From contig OZ210885.1 of the NCBI GenBank assembly GCA_964658305.1, forward strand, positions 23,126,001 to 23,190,000: a DNA stretch of 64,000 bases. Direction: 5' to 3'. This stretch comes from Leptogorgia sarmentosa. Lineage: Eukaryota. Made by a program: the position numbers and the translations under genes. The notes under the pieces are model-generated. The model did not search any database, was not told the origin of the DNA, and saw only the letters and a list, made by a program, of their open reading frames with translations. Positions 1 to 12,077 of the stretch are shown here, piece by piece (within the stretch, counting starts at the first letter, position 1; each line of letters starts with the position of its first letter).

Positions 1-467
1 AAGAAACTTTTAAAAGAAAACCAAGTCCTCACGAGAGAGATTGTTACAACAGATTCACAGTTGCTTGATTATTTATTGGTTTTTGCAGTATAATAGAGGA
101 AAATATGATTGAATTACTACCTTATTCGTACTTAATTTCGCGATTGGTAAGAAATCGTGAAATTAAAGTACGCGAATAAAAATCGCCGCAAAATTTACAC
201 ACGCGAAATTAAAAACTCTATAGTCAAAAATTTTAAATTATCAAGTTATAAATGTATCAATGAACGTAGTCATCAGTACGAAAGAACTTTTCCTGAAGAT
301 CAGTTTCAGTCATCAAAATCGCGAAAATAAAATATCGCGAAATATGGCTTCAAAAAATCGCAAAAATAATTACGAGTAAATAAGATGAAACCACTCCTAC
401 CCGTACACCGAAACTGGTGTATCTTGGTACATAAGTTTTTACTTTTAAGTTAGATAAAATTTAGAAG

Positions 468-540
468 TCATTCATCCTCCTCGTTGCATTTCTTACAATA
501 CCATTCGCCTGGGGGAACGACTTCTTCTCCAGAACACTCT
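468..540 (-). pseudogene. Terminal exon remnant encoding the end of a PHD-type zinc finger (ECSGEEVVPPGEWYCKKCNEEDE*)
   Basis: Manual translation after an AG acceptor at 541-542. P-x-G-E-W-Y-C-x-x-C matches the PHD C-terminal half. Upstream exons not resolved. Confidence 0.4.
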
Positions 541-1349
541 CTATTTGTAAGGAAAATTATTGGATTTTAAATAAGGTAAATCCGACAAAATTCATGTCTT
601 AAATATTAAAAGTGGAACCGCTTATAATGATGTATTTAATTGCGGGGTAACTTTACCACACTATTCACTTACTTATTCAAGTGCAGCCATTGTTTACAAC
701 TGTCACATTGTATCCAACACTGTGTTGCGTTGCATTGCTGTGTCGCATTGTATCCAACGCTGACAGTTAGTTAGGAGCCATCGTCAGCATCATTACGTAA
801 AAAATGCATGTTGAAAGTCAATGGGAAATGCAAAATTAATAATGCTAAATTATTAACCCTACATAGACAAACGTTACTCTTCTTAGTGGCAGATAACATG
901 GAGCATTTTCAACCCCGGGTTGAACTCCATCCTGTTTACTGGGTTGAAATTTCACTTTACCTCGTGAACTTCGGCAGCAAAACTACATGACGGAGTGCTA
1001 GTTTGACCGGAGTTCAAACTGCCTCCCTATATAATTGGAATAGTTTTAACATGTTACAATGATTACCCAAACATTAAATAATATATTAAAATAGTACCTT
1101 TTTCGTGTCACATTTTGCGCTTCTTACATCCTAGTAACAAAATTCACAAATTACATTTGTTACACACAAGCTTTATGAAATGAAGGAATTAGACAACAAC
1201 TCCACATGGCATGGCAAACGAAAAATACCTCTGGTAATGCTTGTCTAATGGGTGAAGTTCCTGCTTCTTTTGTAATTTTGCTTCGTCGTTCAGCTTTAAC
1301 ACCCTAATGCACAACGAAGCACAAGTAATCTTAATGATCTATATAGTAG

Positions 1350-1875
1350 ATGATTATTAGACATACATTTTCCACCTCACCACAAGCTACACAAGATTTT
1401 TAATAGGAACACAGTCAAGGTCAGTTACAGTTGCATGAACAATGTCAAGTCTATAATTTCTAGGCACAACACACGTATGATTAGAAAAAGTAAGCCACAG
1501 TGCGAGGCCATGGACCTATGCACTTGTAGAGACAAGAACACATGCCCACTTCAGGAAAAATGCATGACCAAAGACATAGTCTACAAGGCCACTGTCACCT
1601 GCACAAACAGCACAAAACATTACATAGGCATGATGGCAAGTACATTTAAAGAGCGATATAGAAACCATATTAAATCATTTAACCAGAAAAGGTACTCAAA
1701 CGAAACAGAACTTTCGAAATATAGTTGGGGACTAAAAGATAATAACAAAGATTTCGACATTACTTGGTGTATAATTAAGCATTGTATTTCGTATACGGGA
1801 GGAACAAAAAGATGCAATTTATGTTTAGAAGAAAAGCTCTGTATTTTGAAAGATAAAAACAAACAAAAACTATGA
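1350..1875 (+). mobile_element. Penelope-like retroelement (Naiad-type) 3' fragment, GIY-YIG endonuclease, copy A
   Basis: HKLHKIFNRNTVKVSYSCM, CxCx5Cx5C (CTCRDKNTCPLQEKC), IVYKA...YIG, FKERYRNH, TELSKY, CNLCLEEK. Confidence 0.9.
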
Positions 1876-2102
1876 CTATGCAATTGCAAGAATAAATCCT
1901 CATGTCCACTGTCTGGAAAATGTCTAACATCCAGCGTAGTATACCAAGCAACAGTTGTTAGGAACGATACGAACATAAAGGAATCGTATGTCGGACACAC
2001 GGAAGGAGAGTTCAAGACAAGATACAATTGTCACACTAGCTCATTCAGATTAAGCAAGTACAGAAATGCGACAGAGCTAAGCAAATACATCTGGAAACTT
2101 AA
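1876..2102 (+). mobile_element. Penelope-like GIY-YIG fragment, copy B, 5' part (interrupted by Kolobok)
   Basis: Manual translation LCNCKNKSSCPLSGKCLTSSVVYQATVV...SYVGHTEGEFKTRYNCH...TELSKYIWKLK. The frame resumes after 7958. Confidence 0.9.
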
Positions 2103-2371
2103 AGTGCTTATATCACAATTTTTTTTTTTTGATTTTCGAGTAGAGGACGAAAAGTTAGTTAGTACTCTCTTTTACATTTCTCGGTTTTGTCTTTTCATTC
2201 GCGAGATATACGGCCGTAAATCTTAAAAAATCGGCTTTTAGTGAAAAATTGTTGCGCTTTAGAAAAAACCGGAAAAGGGTCTGGGGCGATGGGCTTGTCA
2301 CGTAGCTTAAGGAACGGAAGTTCGAATTTACATATGAAGCTGTGCTAAGAAGTTATTGAGAAGACAGCAAA

Positions 2372-5300
2372 ATGCCGGATAGATGTGTGGTCTTTGGTTG
2401 TTCAAACCGTGCAAATGCAGAAAAAGGGATCTCACTTCATCGCATTCCGTTTTGGAATGATGATCGCCCTGAAGCGAAACGAAGGAGGAAGATTTGGGTG
2501 AACTTTGTCGCGACGAAGCGTGCGAAATGGACCCCATCAAAATTCTCCGCTATATGTTCGGAACATTTTAATTCGGAGGATTACGAGAAGTACCTTGTTG
2601 AGATACCTGGAACAAAGGACTATATGCCTTGATTAAAGAAGGATGAAATAGGTATTGTTGTGTATCCGACCAAATTTGCTAGGAGCAATCTTCAAGACGA
2701 AGTCTCTCCATGTGACAAGCGTCAGGTATGTTAATCATTTTGCGTTTTGTTTCGACAAATATATGGACGTTTTTCTAGATATTATTTATAAGTGTGTGTT
2801 TACTTTTATGGTTAGGAAAAAAGAAACTCAAGTTGATGCTGGATGAAGCATCTTCGTCGCAGTCTCATGAATGTGAACCTGGTGGTGATGAATATGACGC
2901 CGATGTAATGTCATCTGATTGTGTTGTCGATGATCCTGAAATTATCACATCCCTTCCGTTCGGCCAGGTAAGGCTTTGTTTGTTAGGTCGAATTGTATTA
3001 ATCTAGTCGTTGCTATCAATGTTATATGATATTTACAAACTACAATTATTATACTTCCAGAAGTTTGTTGACAGTGAAACCCAAACAGAAGAATGTGCGG
3101 GATGCAAAAGTCTGTTGACAAAAATCAGAAGATTGAGGAGCAGTTTACAGTCAGCAAATATTAAATTGTCAAAAGAACAATTGGCACAAATGAATGATGA
3201 AGGTATTTGAGTGTGCCATATATAGTATATGATATCAGTCTTGAAAGTTGCACCCTATCTAGCAGGTTGATAGAATATCAAACTAATCCCTCCACATCTG
3301 TCTAGATAATACCAACCCAAACTGTCCAGAATCTAGCCATGAACCATGTGATGAAATCATGAAGTCATCTGACATTGATTCAGACACAGACGATGAATAC
3401 ATTCTGGAAGAAGAGGACAGCGCGGATTTGTCAGAAGACAGTGACGATGATGTTGGTGAAGATGAAGAAGATGAGATATTTCATTCAGTTAAAAGGTATG
3501 GAATGAATACCTTGTCTAGATTTGTCTGTGATTTAATCAGATTTTATCTTTCAGATCAGAATAATGCTGCATTGATTATCAGATGTAGTACTGTGTGATG
3601 TAGTATGGTGGTCACTAACATAAAAATGAACAGTGCAAATAAATTTACGAATATCAATGTGTTTTTTATTCTCTAGAGAGGATATAACAGACAATATCCG
3701 CAAGCAGCCAAAGTTTGTTGTGTTCCTAACACAGTTGCTGTTGCTGTTCAAGCATGCTTTTTTTGCCATCGAAAGGAGCCTGTATTGAAAGTGTCACAAG
3801 TCGGAACAATGGTGACAATAACTACCAGCTGCCAAAACCCAGAATGTAGGAAAGACTTTGTTTGGAAAAGCCAGCAACTACTGCCAGGGACAAAGATTTA
3901 TGCAGGAAATTTCTTGTTATCCTTTGCTATCTTGGTAGCTGGTTCATCAGCAAGCAAAGTTTTACAAGTCATGAAGCACATGGGACTTGCTTGTATTTCT
4001 TTGCCTACATACTTTCGACATCAAAAAGTAAGTACCGGTAATGTTAAAACACTAAAAATAAAAAGCACGAATACTATGAGATGTGTCTATATTTATAAAT
4101 TTAGATTATTTAAGTAGGTATATATAAAGTCATAGTATACCTGACATTGAATGTACTTAAGTGATATTGATAAATTGCCTTTTTAGCTCTTTTTTTCATT
4201 TTCATAGAAAATCCTAATGCCTGCCATTCATATGCATTGGAAGGAATACCAGAAAAAAGTTGTCAGTCAGGCTAAAGAAGCTGGCTCCTTGGTTTTGGCG
4301 GGTGATGGTCGCCATGATAGTATGGGACATTGTGCAAAATATTGTGCATACACCATATTTAGCTGCACCACATCCATCATTATTCACTTTTCTCTAGTAC
4401 AGGTAAATAAAAAGTTTTGTAGGATATCTAAACACTTTCTGGCCAGGTATATATTGATTATGTAGAGATCTAGTATTCTCTGTAACTGAATGCATCTTGT
4501 TTTACTTACAGCGAAATGAAGCAGGTAACAGCCCAGCAATGGAATTTTTAGCATTCCAAAACTGTATGGGGTTCTTGTCGGCTTGTGAAGTGGTGATGTC
4601 AACATTTATTTCTGACTGACATGGTGCTATCACTAAACACATGAAAACAAAGTTAGATAATGTAAAGCATTACTTCGATTTGTGGCACCTCAAAAAGAGT
4701 AAGTATCAGTGGATGTGTACCAAGATGATAAATAGACATTGCTTGCATATGGTGAGATCAGACTAAATGAACAAAATATTTTTATCTATTTTTCAGAGAT
4801 AACCAAAGTAATGACCAAAGTATCAAAGGAAAGTGGATGTGAAGGAGTGGCAGAGTGGATAAAGCCTTGTGGCAATCATTTTTATTGGAGTGCTTGTTCC
4901 ACTCATGATGTGGCAATGGAGCAGTTATTTGGGCAAAGTTCAAATCATTCCTTAGCCACATAGTGAACAAACACGACAATTTAGATGACCCACTGTTTTC
5001 GAAGTGTGCTCATGGGCCAGATATTTCTCCCCGTGAGTATCTATTTGAAGGTATGTTGTTGATTTTCAATCAGACTTTACCCATATTCACTGTAATGAAG
5101 TGACATATGTGATAATGCTGTACCCTCTCTTAAATCCCTATGCAATCCAACCTCTCTCCCAATTCACATAACAACACATGTATGGCATTATTACCTTCCT
5201 GGATCTGTTGCTCATGAGAAAGTATGCTATCAGCTCACCAAGACAGGGCTTGTGAATGCAATAAAGCAGGCATCCCCTATATCACAAACCAGTTGTCTAG

Positions 5301-6470
5301 AAGGATTTCACTCTGTCCTGAAACACTTTTCCCCAAATATGATCCACTACTCATTCTCTGGAATGTATTGCAGGTACAATTTTACTTCAATAATGGTTCA
5401 TGGCTGTAAAAGTTTGTATTGGATTTTCACAGTATCAGACAGCCACAGGCCTCATTGATGATTGTTTCCAAGCATAGTTGTTGTATACTAGCTAATACTT
5501 AAAGGTGCCCTCCACTCATAATGTAAACAAATGCTTTGTTGACATTTTGAACAGCTATATTTGTAAAATATGATAATACTAACAGCATATCTAACGCTGT
5601 TTTGGTTTGCTATGGTCATAAATGGATATAAACCAGAGTTTTGATTCAAAAAAAGTTCGGAACATTACAAAATTTTTGCAATGTTATATCTGCGGGTCCC
5701 GATTTGTTATGAGCAGAACCGATGCGCAGAACGGAGTGGACATCACCTTTAATGCATACATGTACATGTGTATTTACAATTTACTAGACACATTCTGGCC
5801 ATCATCCACTTCAATTGCAACCTCCAAAGATTGGAACCACACAGGTGAACGTGGTGTACCCAAAATTTAAAAATGGCGAGGGAACTGTCAGAGATGTTAG
5901 GGTCAAGCCAATTTTTGGTAAGACAATACAGCATGTGATAGAAAACCTTTTTGATAATGAAATGAAATGTATTACTATAGCAAACCCATTGTTCAGGTAA
6001 CATACATGTATACAATATTATGTGCTGCTTATTTTAGATTATGTGGATGACATATTCACCACGATTTGCCTCAGCATCAGAACAAAGGCTCTGAAAAAGG
6101 CTTGAGAAGAGCTGAAAACCATGACCCCGGCTCCGATGAATACGATGTTCGAGAAACAACCTAAGTCTGAGGCGATAAAAAAAAGGGAGGATAGAAGACA
6201 GATGTTGGTTAAAGATGTCCCTCCTTCAATACCAGGTAATTGTGTAGTTCAAAATATATCTGTATAAAAAAATTATTTGAGTCTATTTTTCATGACAAAT
6301 GTATGTACTTTTCATGCAAACAACTAGTGTTAATTCTGCCATCTTTGTTGGCTATTTTCAGTGACAGAGGTTCAACCACAAACTCCAACTGAAGCTCAAA
6401 ACTGGTCGAAACCCAGATGTTCTGTTTGCAAGAACCCAAAAATGTTCTTGACTGTCCAAAAAATGTAAAA
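2372..6470 (+). pseudogene. Kolobok transposase (N-terminal THAP domain + DDE), multi-exon, disrupted
   Basis: THAP: MPDRCVVFGCSN...LHRIP...W...ICSEHF. Kolobok-type motif GDGRHDSMGHCAKYCAYT, then FDLWH and TSCLEGFHS. Premature stops (2630-2632, ~4617) and frameshifts. End approximate. Confidence 0.85.
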
Positions 6471-6690
6471 TAATATTTTCTGTGTCCTATATTGTATATA
6501 TTTCTAATCCTTATGTTTCTGTGTGGTAATGGTTGATTAAAAATATCTGTGTTACGTGGGTCAGTGTTCTACTTTTCATTTGAAAACCTTGCCCCACCCC
6601 AGGGAAACATGGGAGATAGAAAGTATGAGCAAAGGCAATGGGTCTACATTGTAAGTCTAACTATTGGCGTAAGCTGTAAGTTTTGAAATG

Positions 6691-7725
6691 TCAAGCCGGT
6701 TCATCTTCAAAGCCTTTAAATCGTTCCTTTTCATCATTAAATGTCGATCTGATTGCGTTGTATGCACATGCTGGTAAAGCTCTCCTTTCATCACCTAAAT
6801 ATCCATGTACCATGAAGATAAATTCTCGGTAGGCAACACTGCGCAAAAACCTAGGAAAACAACATCATTTGAATTAAATGTGATACAAGAAAGAACTTGA
6901 AAATTGGAACAAGAAACATACGTTTGCTCCGAACCAGTCTGCTTATATCTTCTCTGATCGCGCGTCTTGTATTTTCTTGCGAGGTTTCTTAAAGCCCATT
7001 TTTCTAAACAAATAGGTCGGAATCCTGGGTGTAGAGTGATGCAGCATGGCGGCTGTGGTACATCTTCTAAAACCAAGTCATCCTTCAAAACTTTCCTACA
7101 AGATTCCATCTCTTGACAGCACCAAGCCTCATGTGTGTTTTGTATATGTGTTATAACACAATGACCGCATTTACACCTATAAAATAAAATAGAGGTCAGG
7201 AAAATCTGGTTTGCAACTCTCTGGTTTGTAACGATACCTCCGTTCTTACTACATGGCGATATTAACTGATTACAAAAAGCGAGTAATATGTTTTTGATAA
7301 GTAATTTGAGTGAGCTCAAAAAACGCTGAGAATTAGACATGCGACTTTTTCATGATGCCTTAGGCTAATATTTTAACTGCTGCGAATGATACGTTAAAAT
7401 GTTGAAATAAATCTATGTTTTATTCTTACCATGATTTAACATCTTCAAGACCGTCTAGTCTTCGCTTTAGCATCTCGTTTTGTTCCTTGTGTTCCACAGA
7501 CTTTTTCAGATATTGCGCGTACCATTCTTCGTCTGCTAGCGGCTCATCGGCGTAAAGGCATGCATCATAATCGCCTAAAATTTCCCTATCAAGCGCTTCT
7601 AGATTGCCAATTTCGTGATCGGCATCATTTGATTCATCTTCTATAATGTACCCAGGGATAAAATTGTATTCTGAGTCATTTTGAGAACTGTGAGAACTTT
7701 CGGAATCCGAGCTATTGCCTGACAT
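6691..7725 (-). CDS. KolX-like / P2X7 intracellular (ballast) domain-like Cys-rich protein, 3 exons, 236 aa
   Basis: Exons 7725-7430, 7176-6922 and 6850-6691 have GT-AG and compatible phases. WCKCGHC, CCQE, CITLHPGF..ICL, RSVAYREF..VHGYLG..RRALPACAYNAIR..F...FKGF. No internal stops. Confidence 0.85.
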
Positions 7726-7958
7726 GCTGGTAAATATATACAAAATGTATAATGCGCGTCGTAATTTACTCCTTAAGCTACGTCACAACATGCTCGCTCC
7801 AGGCTCTTGCTGATGCTCGACATTTTCACGAAAATCGCTCTTCAGAGCCGTATATCTCGCGAATGAAAAGAGAAAACCGAGAAATGTAAAAGAGAGTACT
7901 AACTAACTTTTCGTCGTCTACTCGAAAATCAAAAAAAAAATTGATATAAGCACTCTAA

Positions 7959-8360
7959 AGAGTCAAAGGTCATGTACTCTATAAGCTGGCATATTATTAA
8001 ACAATGCAAGAGTTACAGCAACACAACAAAACGATGCAGTCTTTGTACACATGAGAAATTCATTATAATTTACCACCCTGAACTTTGTTCTTTAAATTCA
8101 AGAAGCAAACTTTTATCGAAATGCAGGCATAGAAACAAATTTCTCTTAAGTAATATACGTTACCTAATATAATCTGTATATATAATCAAAATGTAATCTA
8201 ATACTTGAGCATTCCGTTTACGTCAAACATGTATATAGTATATATAACCTTGGCAACAACATAGCGCAACATTTAAATTCACCTGATGAGTGTGGCAAGC
8301 ATTGCTTGTCATACGAAACAAATTTGTTGTGAATAAAATCTTATGAAGTAAACCAACTTT
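7959..8360 (+). mobile_element. Penelope-like copy B, 3' part and 3' UTR ending at (TA)n
   Basis: SISWHIIKQCKSYSNTTKRCSLCTHEK...LNSRSKLLSKCRHRNKFLL, followed by a hammerhead and a TA microsatellite. Confidence 0.9.
8277..8334 (+). ncRNA. Type I hammerhead ribozyme (Penelope-associated)
   Basis: Stem I ATTCAC/GTGAAT, core CTGATGA (8283-8289), stem II GTGTGGCAAGC-att-GCTTGTCATAC, GAAA, palindromic stem III CAAATTTG, GUU cleavage triplet. Confidence 0.85.
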
Positions 8361-8375
8361 ATATATATATATATA

Positions 8376-9798
8376 TTTTCACAAAAGATCTCTGTGATAT
8401 ACACATGTACCCTTGTCACGATATATACAAAAACACAAATGTGTGTTTGTATATATCGTGACAAGGGTACATGTGTATATCACGGAGATCTTTTGTGAAA
8501 ACATATTATACCTGTGATACAACTTCAATTTATTTTGAAGATTACTATTCAACTATTCGACCATCCTACTAGTATTGTAGGTACGATTTTCCTTATAACC
8601 TAAAGTAATTGGTCCGGACTATCGTAAAATTAATATACTTGTATTCCTGATATGGATAGATATCATGACGACGATGAAAAGAGTTGTGTGGCTCATGATA
8701 TGTTAATGACGCATTTGCTTGACCTTTCACTCCTTACTGTTCGTGTTTGCATTTTGATCTTGTTGCTGTATGTGTTAATATCTTTGTCGTTGCAGTTTGG
8801 TTCCTTCCTTTTAAACCGTCTTCCAGTGTCACAAGGGCTGGAGTCAATATATATATATCCAATATGTATGTTGATAGCTGGTGAGTGGAAGGAATCGTAT
8901 GATTTCAACATAGACATGATTAGAGTGTGGGTGTCAATCGGTATTTGTGTGTTTGTATATATCGTGACAAGGGTACATGTGTATATCACAGAGATCTTTT
9001 GTGAAAACATATTATACCTGTGATACAACTTCAATTTATTTTGAAGATTACTATTCAACTATTCGACCATCCTACTAGTATTGTAGGTACGATTTTCCTT
9101 ATAACCTAAAGTAATTGGTCCGGACTATCGTAAAATTAATATACTTGTATTCCTGATATGGATAGATATCATGACGACGATGAAACGAGTTGTGTGGCAC
9201 ATGATATGTTAATGACGCATTTGCTTGACCTTTCACTCCTTACTGTTCGTGTTTGCATTTTGATCTTGTTGCTGTATGTGTTAATATCTTTGTCGTTGCA
9301 GTTTGGTTCCTTCCTTTTAAACCGTCTTCCAGTGTCACAAGGGCTGGAGTCAATATATATATATCCAATATGTATGTTGATAGCTGGTGAGTGGAAGGAA
9401 TCGTATGATTTCAACATAGACATGATTAGAGTGTGGGTGTCAATCGGTATTTGTGTGTTTGTATATACCTTTCACTCCTTACTGTTCGTGTTTGCATTTT
9501 GATCTTGTTGCTGTATGTGTTAATATCTTTGTCGTTGCAGTTTGGTTCCTTCCTTTTAAACCGTCTTCCAGTGTCACAAGGGCTGGAGTCAATATATATA
9601 TATCCAATATGTATGTTGATAGCTGGTGAGTGGAAGGAATCGTATGATTTTAACATAGACATGATTAGAGTGTGGGTGTCAATCGGTATTTGTGTGTTTG
9701 TATATATCGTGACAAGGGTACATGTGTATATCACGGAGATCTTTTGTGAAAACATATTATACCTGTGATACAACTTCAATTTATTTTGAAGATTACTA

Positions 9799-9801
<3 letters not shown>
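8376..9801. repeat. 506-bp partial tandem repeat (~2.7 copies) with a short inverted copy at the left, flanked by (TA)n
   Basis: Unit starts recur at 8441, 8947 and 9453 (third copy internally deleted). 8376-8440 is an inverted copy forming a hairpin with ~8441-8500. Confidence 0.9.

Positions 9802-9843
<42 letters not shown>
9802..9843. repeat. (TA)n microsatellite
   Basis: Seen directly. Other TA tracts at ~8360-8376, 12112-12132 and 12365-12425. Confidence 0.95.
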
Positions 9844-9849
<6 letters not shown>

Positions 9850-9944
9850 ATCCAAAGCTTTCTTCAGGTTGGTATAGAGTGCTCAATGATCCTGACGGTC
9901 AGAGCTTATAGTATACGTATAAAGTAAATAAGGACGCTTTAAAA

Positions 9945-10001
9945 TGTAAACATTTTACTTCAAGTTTCTGGAGGTGTCCCTCCGTCTTCAGAAACTTTAC
10001 A
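9945..10001 (-). ncRNA. Type I hammerhead ribozyme, left arm copy
   Basis: Reverse complement of 12021-12077 with one stem I substitution. Confidence 0.7.
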
Positions 10002-12020
10002 ATGATTTGATTAATCACAAGGTTTTCTAACTTATATACACGTGTGGTTTAATATTAAAGATATTAAATGCTATTGTCCTATAGTTCTAAGGATATTAAA
10101 AATGCTATTGTCCTAATTCTAAAAAGTTAAAAAGTCCCTAGGGTTTGAAATTTCTAAATAAGAATGGTGCTCTATGCCTGCATGATGATGCCAGTTCGTT
10201 GCGTTTATTTAAAGTCCCTAGTTCCGGTCTACGAATTATGAATACTTTTTCTAGGTTGCATAGCTCGCATCGTTTGGTTTTATTGCTGTAAGGTTTCGCT
10301 GCTCGTAAAATTTCCCATTCTATGTTATAGTCTTTCTGTTGGTCTTTTAAATTCCAAATATATTTACTAAGTTCCGTGTTATTGCGTTTGTTTGCGTTCT
10401 TGAATGTGGTTTTGTGTCCGTTATATCTTTCTTTAAATGTGTTCTTAGTCAATCCGATATATGTCTCTTTGCCTTCGCTTGTTGTTACAGTAGCCTGGTA
10501 TATGATCGATTCTCTGAGGCATTGGCCCTTCATGGGACAATTGTCTTGATTTCTACAGTTACATAACTTCTTATTGCCGTCCGTACTCCTTGTGCATCTT
10601 TTCTTATCTATGGTTTTCTTGTTGTGTCCGTCGATTATGTTCTTCATGTTGGGCATACAACAATAGCTTAACTTGACTGTGTTGGTATTGAATATCTTAT
10701 GCAGTTTATGTTCTCGAGGGAATGGCTCTTTTATGATTTTAAGGAATGCATGACCGATGCTGGTCCGGACATTATTTGAATATGGTGGGTTGTACCAAAT
10801 TATCTTCCTTGCTCTATTTCTCCTGTTTCCTTCTTCTTGCTCCTCGTATTTCAATTCGTGGTTGTATCCGCTTTTCTTCAGTGCTTCTTGGTATAGCGGT
10901 TTTGCGTTATTAAACACTTCCTCACAGCTGGAAATTTCGGACAGTCTTTTGTTAATTGCCGAAGGTAGGTTTCTTATGATCACTGGTGGGTGGTTTGACT
11001 TCGCATGTATATATGCTGGTGTGTTATTCGGTTTGGCAGTGATCATAAGAAACCTACCTTCGGCAATTAACAAAAGACTGTCCGAAATTTCCAGCTGTGA
11101 GGAAGTGTTTAATAACGCAAAACCGCTATACCAAGAAGCACTGAAGAAAAGCGGATACAACCACAAATTGAAATACGAGGAGCAAGAAGAAGGAAACAGG
11201 AGAAATAGAGCAAGGAAGATAATTTGGTACAACCCACCATATTCAAATAATGTCCAGACCAGCATCGGTCATGCATTCCTTAAAATCATAAAAGAGCAAT
11301 TCCCTCGAGAACATAAACTGCATAAGATATTCAATACCAACACAGTCAAGTTAAGCTATTGTTGTATGCCCAACATGAAGAACATAATCGACGGACACAA
11401 CAAGAAAACCATAGATAAGAAAAGATGCACAAGGAGTACGGACGGCAATAAGAAGTTATGTAACTGTAGAAATCAAGACAATTGTCCCATGAAGGGCCAA
11501 TGCCTCAGAGAATCGATCATATACCAGGCTACTGTAACAACAAGCGAAGGCAAAGAGACATATATCGGATTGACTAAGAACACATTTAAAGAAAGATATA
11601 ACGGACACAAAACCACATTCAAGAACGCAAACAAACGCAATAACACGGAACTTAGTAAATATATTTGGAATTTAAAAGACCAACAGAAAGACTATAACAT
11701 AGAATGGGAAATTTTACGAGCAGCGAAACCTTACAGCAATAAAACCAAACGATGCGAGCTATGCAACCTAGAAAAAGTATTCATAATTCGTAGACCGGAA
11801 CTAGGGACTTTAAATAAACGCAACGAACTGGCATCATCATGCAGGCATAGAGCACCATTCTTATTTAGAAATTTCAAACCCTAGGGATTTTTTAACTTTT
11901 TAGAATTAGGACAATAGCATTTTTAATATCCTTAGAACTATAGGACAATAGCATTTAATATCTTTAATATTAAACCACACGTGTATATAAGTTAGAAAAC
12001 CTTGTGATTAATCAAATCAT

Positions 12021-12077
12021 TGTAAACTTTCTGAAGACGGAGGGACACCTCCAGAAACTTGAAGTAAAATGTTTACA
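12021..12077 (+). ncRNA. Type I hammerhead ribozyme, right arm copy
   Basis: Stem I TGTAAACTTT/AAATGTTTACA, CTGAAGA, stem II GGAGG-gaca-CCTCC (C.A mismatch at the base), GAAA, stem III CTT-g-AAG, GUA triplet. Confidence 0.75.

Larger units (their letters stand above)
2103..7954 (+). mobile_element. Kolobok DNA transposon, full length (~5.85 kb)
   Basis: ~110-bp TIRs (AGTGCTTATATC... from 2103; ...GATATAAGCACT to 7954). TTAA (2099-2102) and CTAA (7955-7958) target duplication. Removing the element restores the Penelope frame (IWKLK-ESKVMYSISW). Two convergent genes inside. Confidence 0.9.

Noticed and set aside
120..385. Clustered CGCGAAA(A/T)TAA motifs as a regulatory array
   Set aside because: More likely MITE subterminal repeats; ends not definable.
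1873..1875. In-frame TGA as selenocysteine, as reported for some Naiad elements
   Set aside because: It falls at the junction of two copies, not at a conserved Cys, and I did not identify a SECIS.
8641..8700. Possible hammerhead in the 506-bp unit (ATGACGA...GAAA)
   Set aside because: The core is not CUGANGA and I could not form stems I and II.
8652..9803. Repeated hydrophobic ORFs resembling membrane peptides, and their antisense ORFs
   Set aside because: By-products of a T-rich 506-bp repeat; no recognisable domain.
10138..11884. Two 375-aa overlapping ORFs as real full-length proteins
   Set aside because: Their N-terminal ~75-95 aa are antisense read-through of the palindrome; the RT is absent.
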